Shown in pieces: positions 58,158-64,000 of a stretch of DNA of 64,000 bases. The stretch is taken from the NCBI GenBank assembly GCA_029252805.1, contig JAQXAR010000025.1, positions 90,425 through 154,424 on the forward strand, given 5' to 3'. The DNA is from Rickettsiales bacterium (GTDB lineage: Bacteria; Pseudomonadota; Alphaproteobacteria; Rickettsiales; JALZUV01). How positions within the stretch are numbered: the stretch's first letter is position 1; each line of letters starts with the position of its first letter. A program made the position numbers and the translations under genes. The notes beneath the pieces were generated by a model. It made no database searches, had not been told where the DNA came from, and saw nothing but the letters and a program-made list of their open reading frames with translations.

Positions 58158-59315
58158 GGCTAAATGCATCCACGCCTGAGTCCAACGTAAATAGCAGAGT
58201 CTATTCATGTAAGACTTCGTTTTTTGATAGTAAAAATAACCGTTTCTTGCATCCCATAGATGTGTGCAAACACAGGTACCTATCTTCTCGATCAGCGGTT
58301 GATATTTCTGCGCATCAATAAGTTTTAAGGTCAAGATTCCTTGTGCCGCTGAATGCGGATCTAGCGGGTATGGGTTGTTATGATAATAAGCGGCTTGGCC
58401 ATCCTCGTCGAAGAAGGTCTCCGTATAATAGTTGATGCCTTTGGTGATGGCAGCAGCGATGTCGTCTCGCTCTAATATTTGATTGCTGCGGAATAAGCTT
58501 TCCAGATTATAGCCAGTATGAAATCCATCGATAAATTGATGATGCGACATCGTACCATAAACCCATTCGCCTTTTTCACCTTGTGCCTTGAGGGTGGTAT
58601 CAATCACTTTATTGGCGACGTCACGATATTTCACATCACCGCTAGCCCTATAGGCTTTGGTGCAGATAAGCGCACCCCAAAGGCTCGCATTATGGACCAG
58701 CGCATCGGAGCTTGGAATATAGGCAATATAGGTGCCCTGTTCATTTTTACGTAGTAAGTGAGCTAAGACAAAATCTGCTGCTGCGAGGGTGAGTTTTTGA
58801 GCCTCTTTCGCCTCAATGGTTTTGGCTTCTGCTGCCGCTTCGACAGCGAGTAGGGCATAAGTAGTGCAGATGACATTTGGGACACCCTTGGCGACGAAAA
58901 ATGCCTTAGCTTGCCAATCAAAAGGATACCCCCATGCAGCTTCACCCCAGTGCGTTGTATCGCTGCGCAGTTCCATCATTTTATCAAAACAATGGTCTGC
59001 AGAAGCCTTGTCACCTTCCTGCAAATAAGAGCGAACAAACAGCGCGAGTGCTTTCGCATTATGGGTGCGCGGTACAAAGGTGCTGGCTCGAAAGTTAGCG
59101 GGCGCGCGTTTAAAAAATTGTAACCACGCTAAGCGCATCCACTTGGAGCGAGCGAATGGCGTTAGTTGAAATAACTTGCTGTTGAGCGCATCGAACGGAT
59201 CCCAACCTGCATAATCATGCGCGCGGCAGGTCGTATCAAGGCGCTTATAGAATTTCGCGAAATTAACCGTCTTCATGCTCTTGCCTTTGTAAGCGTTTTT
59301 GCGAATGGGTCTCAT
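58140..59315 (-). CDS. hypothetical protein of polysaccharide locus, Trp/Tyr-rich helical (possibly alpha/alpha-toroid) protein
   Basis: Intact 391-aa ORF (alternative ATG at 59276). Blocks 'YAGWDPFDALNS' and 'AAWGYPFDWQAKAFF'. I cannot assign a family without a search. Confidence 0.55.
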   Translation of the reverse strand: MRPIRKNAYKGKSMKTVNFAKFYKRLDTTCRAHDYAGWDPFDALNSKLFQLTPFARSKWMRLAWLQFFKRAPANFRASTFVPRTHNAKALALFVRSYLQEGDKASADHCFDKMMELRSDTTHWGEAAWGYPFDWQAKAFFVAKGVPNVICTTYALLAVEAAAEAKTIEAKEAQKLTLAAADFVLAHLLRKNEQGTYIAYIPSSDALVHNASLWGALICTKAYRASGDVKYRDVANKVIDTTLKAQGEKGEWVYGTMSHHQFIDGFHTGYNLESLFRSNQILERDDIAAAITKGINYYTETFFDEDGQAAYYHNNPYPLDPHSAAQGILTLKLIDAQKYQPLIEKIGTCVCTHLWDARNGYFYYQKTKSYMNRLCYLRWTQAWMHLALSALK

Positions 59316-60447
59316 ATTGCATAGCGGCGATGAGGATGAAATAGGTGATTTGATGATAGTGATGCGAGAAAGTGTTATCTGTCACCATGATGATGATATT
59401 ATACGCAAATAGATAAATACCAAAGCTAGTGCGGCTAAAGATTACAAGGAAACTCAGTAGGAATAGGCTAAAGCCCATTACGCCAAAATCATAGAAATAC
59501 AGCAGGAACGAGTTATGTACCTGAAGGGGGTAATTGATGGTAATTTCGACGAGCCTACGGGTGGCGTCACCCGCACCGTTACCAAGCAGCAAGTTCGTTA
59601 AGTTCTGATTGCCATATTGCCGAAAAAGAATTTGATATTCCTCTAAACGTCCCATGGTGAATTGGGAAACAGATTGTTCGCTTCCACCAAGCACCATTGC
59701 GACCACCTCAAAGAATTCAAAATAAAAAACATTGATGAGTGCGGCCACGGCGAGGATGAAAAACATACTGGCCCATGCAACGCGATATTCTGAAAGTTTA
59801 AAGGCTTGGCGAACCATTCTATTGATGAGCATGAGGGCTAATATGACGAGCACCGCAGCAAAGGCGATCCGCTTAAAGGCAAGGAAGAATAGGAAGAAAG
59901 TAAAGAGCGACCAGCGTTTGCTCTTTTGCAAAATAAAGTAAATAAGGATACCGCCTAAGGGGAAGGCGAGTCCGCTCTCTAGTGGGCCTTGCGAGCCTTC
60001 GAGGTCAATGGCACCGCGGGTAGTGCCACTTCCAGTTAACCAGAGTATGAGTGTCGTGATGGCAAAGATGATCACGAGTATTTTGACGGATTTGTTGGTG
60101 AAGACCATCAAAGGTATAAAAGCGGCGAGATAGAAAATCGGCCGCATCGCGTTGACCCAGGTGAGTTTATCAATGGTTTCCGCGCTCAATAAAGCACCGA
60201 CAAACACGAGTGCCGCATAAAGCATCAGGGCGATAATAAACCGTGTATTGGATAAGAAGCGGTAACTAGGAGAGCTAAGAATCCAATAGAAAAATGACAT
60301 GACTGGTAGTAAATAAATGGCAAATCGCAGACCAGAATCAGACAAGATTGTGAAGGATGGAATGAAGAGCAGTCCAAAGGTTAGCAGCAACAGCATGCCA
60401 TGATATTGTGCTCGCTTTTCATCGAGGGAGGTCAGGTTGTTACGCAT
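59263..60447 (-). CDS. wzy: O-antigen/EPS polymerase-like polytopic membrane protein (Wzy-like)
   Basis: 394 aa, about 10-11 TM segments, AT-rich and Phe/Ile/Leu-rich. Sits between wzx and other polysaccharide genes. The assignment is from context and topology only. Confidence 0.6.
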   Translation of the reverse strand: MRNNLTSLDEKRAQYHGMLLLLTFGLLFIPSFTILSDSGLRFAIYLLPVMSFFYWILSSPSYRFLSNTRFIIALMLYAALVFVGALLSAETIDKLTWVNAMRPIFYLAAFIPLMVFTNKSVKILVIIFAITTLILWLTGSGTTRGAIDLEGSQGPLESGLAFPLGGILIYFILQKSKRWSLFTFFLFFLAFKRIAFAAVLVILALMLINRMVRQAFKLSEYRVAWASMFFILAVAALINVFYFEFFEVVAMVLGGSEQSVSQFTMGRLEEYQILFRQYGNQNLTNLLLGNGAGDATRRLVEITINYPLQVHNSFLLYFYDFGVMGFSLFLLSFLVIFSRTSFGIYLFAYNIIIMVTDNTFSHHYHQITYFILIAAMQYETHSQKRLQRQEHEDG

Positions 60448-61759
60448 GTTCCCTCACGAGTTTGAATAAGTGTTTCCACCCTTTGATTGACCACACACCG
60501 CTATAGAGTTTGGTTAGTTTTTGGAGTTTCTGATTGAGCCAAAAGTTACGGAAGATAAGGCCAAGTGTCATTCCCATCGCCATACCATAAATCCCGAGCC
60601 ATTGGCTGAGTGTAACCAATAATACCATGGTGATAATAGTCTCAGAAGCGCTGATTTTAAGGGCTGTTTTCTCATGACCGAGCATCATATAGAAATGCGT
60701 GGTAGGGCCAGATGAAGTGTTAATGAGGTAACCAAAAGCGAGAATAACAAGAGGAATATAGGCGTCCATATACTCGCTTCCGGCGATAAGGTTTAAGAGG
60801 ATGTCGCCGCCAAATAAGAGAATCAGAAAGAGAATGCATGCGGGAATGAAAACCATCCAGCAGCCCATTACGAGCAGTTCTTGTAACGTGTCAGGTTCTT
60901 TCTTTGTATCGACCTTGGAGAGTTTCGGCGCAATCACAAAAGCCGCGCACCATTGGATGACGCCCAGGAGTGAGGCAAAACGTAGCGCTGCCTCTAACAA
61001 AGCAGTGCCTGCAATGCCAATGAGGAAAGGCGATAGCACGACAGGCAATCGCACATTCAAATTGTTAAAGGCGATCGTGCCAAATAAGCGTCGCGCCAGA
61101 GCAGTGAAATTAGTTTGTTGTTTGGGCGTGAGTTTGGTGATTTTTATGCCATAGCTTTTAACCGTGATAAAACGATAGATCAGCGCAATCGTAATGGCGA
61201 TAGCCACTTGTGTGAGGATAAGATGTTCGAGTGTGAGTTGCTCATAAAGGTGAAGGGTTACCATCGCCAGCATCACCGATACGGGTAAAATAATCGACTC
61301 TAGCGCATGCGCCGAAATTTGTTTTTCCATCGCCAGCATGGCAGAAGAATAAAAGCCAAAGAGTAGGTAAGCATATCCGGCGAGCAAGGCCCAAAGCACG
61401 GTCGTATAGGAGATAAACGGAATAGAATCGCGCAGTAAGTAAGCGCCGATAGCGATGAAAATATAGAATGCTGAATTGAACCAAAAGGCCTGACGAATGC
61501 CAAAGCTAAGATAACCAAGTGCTTTCGGAAATTTCTGTTTGGAAACAAGAGTGCTACCTTCGCGCATAAAGCCGGTTGCATAGCCGCAAGGCCCTAAAGC
61601 GCGTGTTAATATCCATATGCTATTGATAACGCTATAGACCCCGACCGCTTCCAGTGGGAGGAGGCGAACAAGTATCACAAACCACAGTAGTTGCAGTGCG
61701 ATGCCGCCGACACGCATAAACATGACCAAAGACATTGATTTGAAGAGCGAATGCAGCAT
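60440..61759 (-). CDS. wzx: MOP-superfamily polysaccharide flippase (Wzx-like)
   Basis: About 12-14 TM segments with a typical Wzx size. ATG at 61759 is preferred over the TTG at 61777. 8-nt overlap with the wzy-like gene. Confidence 0.7.
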   Translation of the reverse strand: MLHSLFKSMSLVMFMRVGGIALQLLWFVILVRLLPLEAVGVYSVINSIWILTRALGPCGYATGFMREGSTLVSKQKFPKALGYLSFGIRQAFWFNSAFYIFIAIGAYLLRDSIPFISYTTVLWALLAGYAYLLFGFYSSAMLAMEKQISAHALESIILPVSVMLAMVTLHLYEQLTLEHLILTQVAIAITIALIYRFITVKSYGIKITKLTPKQQTNFTALARRLFGTIAFNNLNVRLPVVLSPFLIGIAGTALLEAALRFASLLGVIQWCAAFVIAPKLSKVDTKKEPDTLQELLVMGCWMVFIPACILFLILLFGGDILLNLIAGSEYMDAYIPLVILAFGYLINTSSGPTTHFYMMLGHEKTALKISASETIITMVLLVTLSQWLGIYGMAMGMTLGLIFRNFWLNQKLQKLTKLYSGVWSIKGWKHLFKLVREHA

Positions 61760-61840
61760 AGTGACATCATGCGCCAAAACGGGTCGTAACTCACGCCGAT
61801 TTAACGCAAAACGAAAATCATAAGCGGATCATCACAAAAT

Positions 61841-62779
61841 ATGGCAACAATCCTACACACGAGCTGCGCAAAAACGCACGGCGGTAGCTTCAACGAGCGT
61901 CTAGCAATGAAGTTACTATGGTTGGCATCATGGTTGTTTGTGCCGATTGCATTTCGAGGGTTCTGGCGAGTGACTCGCCCGATTTTAACACTCTTTGGCG
62001 TCAAAAGCCGTCAGTGGGTGCAGTTAAAGTCAGGATTGCGATTAAGCGTGGATATGGCTGACCCTTATTGGAATCGTCTTATCTCGCCTTGTTTCGATTA
62101 TGAGCCTGAGCTGGATTATCTGCTCAGTAAACTTAACGATTACGATTATCACTTTATCGATTGTGGCGCTAATATGGGGTTCTGGAGTTGCATGGTGGCC
62201 TCTGCCAAATATGGTGCAAAGCCAGTGATCTCTGTGGAGCCATTGCAAGATAACTTCAAGTTACTTGCCTCGCATGTGAAAGAGAATAATCTACAAGCCG
62301 CGTTGCATCAAAATGCTGTTTCACAAAAGGCAGGCGAGGAGCTTACGCTCTACAAACCGGGCGGGCATGCGAGCGTATCGCTGGTTGTTGGTGCAGAAGT
62401 TGAAGGGGCGCATAAAGAGCAAGTGACCACGGTGACGATTGATAGCATCACCGAAGAAGCTCGCAAAAATCAAGCAAACTTTGTTCTAAAACTAGATGTT
62501 GAGGGAGTGGAGGTTGAGGCGCTCAAAGGCGCTGGCGAGTTTCTAAAAACGAACCCCATTATCTTTTATGAGGATCATGCAGAAGACTCGACGTCAAAAG
62601 TAACCGATTATATTTTGAACGATCTTGGATGCATCGTTTATCACATTACGGATGATCATAAGGTGTTGCCAGTCGAAACGGTAGAACAGGCTAATAAGCT
62701 AAAGACGGATAGTACCCGAGGCTATAACTTCATGGCCTTTAAGCTAGGCTGTAAAATGGCGGAAATTGTTTTGAAATAG
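61841..62779 (+). CDS. FkbM-family SAM-dependent methyltransferase
   Basis: 'FIDCGANMGFWS' SAM-binding block and 'LKLDVEGVEVEALKGA' are FkbM hallmarks. An alternative start at ATG 61907 is plausible. Confidence 0.8.
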   Translation: MATILHTSCAKTHGGSFNERLAMKLLWLASWLFVPIAFRGFWRVTRPILTLFGVKSRQWVQLKSGLRLSVDMADPYWNRLISPCFDYEPELDYLLSKLNDYDYHFIDCGANMGFWSCMVASAKYGAKPVISVEPLQDNFKLLASHVKENNLQAALHQNAVSQKAGEELTLYKPGGHASVSLVVGAEVEGAHKEQVTTVTIDSITEEARKNQANFVLKLDVEGVEVEALKGAGEFLKTNPIIFYEDHAEDSTSKVTDYILNDLGCIVYHITDDHKVLPVETVEQANKLKTDSTRGYNFMAFKLGCKMAEIVLK

Positions 62780-62792
62780 GTGTGGTAATGCC

Positions 62793-63836
62793 TTACTGCA
62801 TGCTTATGTGTGTTTGCGGTTGAATCATCGCAATTTGGCGATCCATCAGCACTTGTTGCGCATAATTGGCTTCTTGTCGGCGTGCATCCCATTTTTCCAT
62901 AAAATGTGAAATGGCCATGGTGGCGCCCATCGTTACGAGGCCCCGCGCACCGGCGATAATCCCATTTTTGGCATGATTTTTAGCACCAATTTTGATATTT
63001 TCGTCTTCTTTACCAATCTGGTGATAAACTTTATCGCTATAGCCATCATAAAGTTTATCAAGTTTATTAGTAACTTTGGGGTTCTGTATACTAGCACGCT
63101 TGCCCGAATTGCCTTCAATAAAGCCAACATAAAGATAATTCCCAATCCCTCCCGTACCGAGAGCTCCAGCGATTGAGGGGAGTATTCCATTATTTTTAAC
63201 AGGGCCTGGGTTGGCGTGTTTTGCGAACCTTGCAAGAGGTTCTTCGTGTTCAGAGCTCCACGTTAAGTTGTTGGAAATCTTTTTAACGCTCGCTTGTATT
63301 TTATCGAAGAAGCCTTGGCGTGTTTTTTCATCAATTCGCCCATTTGCTTTTCCATGCAAGTCTGTCATGCGCTCGGTAGCGTTTGTACCGCCTACGGTAA
63401 AGAGTTCGGCCTTTTTAGTCGCGTCGATTAGGCTGTTTCTGCTGCGGCTCTTGAAGGTAAGCACGATTGCCGTAACCCCTAGAATAGCGCCCACAATAGC
63501 TCCAATCACTGCAAAGCGACTGAATGGTTTTTTCGGAGGTACTATAGGTTGCTTCTGTGCATTTTCTTGCTGTTGCTGGTTCTGATATTCTGCTGTTTGT
63601 GTGTAATAGCGCTCAGCGCCTGCAGCTGTCGCGGCTTCTGCTGGTGGTGTCTCGGGTGTCGGAGATCCTGCTTCTGGTGCCGTAGGGGCTGTTGCTGTTT
63701 CAGCCGTCACTGCGGGTTCGGGTGTAGCGGCTGCCGAGGGAGCGGTGCCGGTTTCTACGGTAGGTGTGCCTGCTTGCTCCGAGAAGACTTTATCGGCGGT
63801 TGCGGCTGCTACGTTCTGTGCGTCAGGGTTTTCCAT
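62793..63836 (-). CDS. hypothetical single-pass membrane protein with Pro/Ala/Thr/Glu-rich low-complexity N-terminus
   Basis: 347-aa ORF. About 75 aa of PATE-rich sequence, a Gln-rich stretch, one TM segment ('FAVIGAIVGAILGVTAIVLTF'), then a C-terminal domain of about 215 aa with no motif I recognise. Confidence 0.55.
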   Translation of the reverse strand: MENPDAQNVAAATADKVFSEQAGTPTVETGTAPSAAATPEPAVTAETATAPTAPEAGSPTPETPPAEAATAAGAERYYTQTAEYQNQQQQENAQKQPIVPPKKPFSRFAVIGAIVGAILGVTAIVLTFKSRSRNSLIDATKKAELFTVGGTNATERMTDLHGKANGRIDEKTRQGFFDKIQASVKKISNNLTWSSEHEEPLARFAKHANPGPVKNNGILPSIAGALGTGGIGNYLYVGFIEGNSGKRASIQNPKVTNKLDKLYDGYSDKVYHQIGKEDENIKIGAKNHAKNGIIAGARGLVTMGATMAISHFMEKWDARRQEANYAQQVLMDRQIAMIQPQTHISMQ

Positions 63837-63915
63837 ATCTACCTTTATAGCAAAGATAAACGGCCAGTAGTGTTACGGTTTTGTGAAGATTGGTTTTCTG
63901 ATTATTCCCACTATA

Positions 63916-63950
63916 CGTAAAATGACGCCCACAGGGAGCGCCATTTTACG
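63916..63950. promoter_or_regulatory. 13-bp inverted repeat (one mismatch) CGTAAAATGACGC-N9-GCGCCATTTTACG upstream of the 62793-63836 gene
   Basis: Read directly. No flanking T-run on either strand, so an operator or RNA structure is more likely than an intrinsic terminator. Confidence 0.3.
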
Positions 63951-64000
63951 AATTTCAGGTTGTGTTGGTCTACTGACTTTCCAAAATAAATTAACCTAGT

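Noticed and set aside
1-64000. I looked for CRISPR arrays, tRNA or rRNA genes, IS elements or transposases, integrases, long direct repeats flanking the polysaccharide or arsenic-type clusters, and known defence-system genes.
   Set aside because: None was found by reading. All intergenic gaps are 167 nt or shorter. No cloverleaf-like or spacer-repeat patterns are visible, and no transposase, integrase, nuclease or helicase-like ORFs occur. A computational scan (tRNAscan, Infernal, a repeat finder) would be needed to exclude small ncRNAs.

Overview
This is a densely coding 64-kb chromosomal segment with about 50 genes, tiny or overlapping intergenic gaps, and mid-40s % GC by eye (not computed). 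It comes from a Gram-negative, probably proteobacterial organism that I cannot name. I found no rRNA, tRNA, CRISPR array, IS or transposase, integrase or prophage genes, and no recognisable defence genes.

Layout:
1. 4-5522: an orphan 697-aa protein open to the window edge, a GH37 trehalase and SelO.
2. 5528-12482: a repeat-rich autotransporter, an O-antigen-ligase-family membrane protein and an unknown membrane protein.
3. 12479-20252: the five-enzyme histidine utilisation set (hutF divergent from hutI-H-G-U), followed directly by purT.
4. 20291-31128: a tightly coupled operon for tryptophan -> kynurenine -> 3-hydroxyanthranilate -> 2-aminomuconate. It contains an atypical SDR and ends in DUF485/ActP-like transporter genes.
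5. 31722-37904: an ArsM/ArsS-type (arsenosugar-like) organo-metalloid cluster with a TVP38 membrane protein, a disulfide oxidoreductase, an MTAP-like phosphorylase and two small glycosyltransferase-like proteins.
6. 37943-41598: an ABC-F ATPase and a long acyl-CoA dehydrogenase.
7. 41662-62779: a 21-kb Wzx/Wzy-type polysaccharide locus in five alternating transcription blocks. It includes a 1096-aa RTX plus seven-bladed FG-GAP protein, a C9 homopolymer inside a glycosyltransferase gene, and a Wzc-like protein with a degenerate kinase domain.
8. 62793-63836: an orphan protein with a Pro/Ala/Thr-rich N-terminus.

The best candidates for under-described biology are the seven-gene ArsM/ArsS cluster and the SxxxR-type SDR embedded in the kynurenine operon, which has no meta-cleavage lower pathway in the window. 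Next come purT sitting between two formate-releasing pathways, and the RTX/FG-GAP protein plus the putatively phase-variable GT4 in the polysaccharide locus. All functional calls rest on motifs read by eye and on remembered family knowledge. No database search was run.
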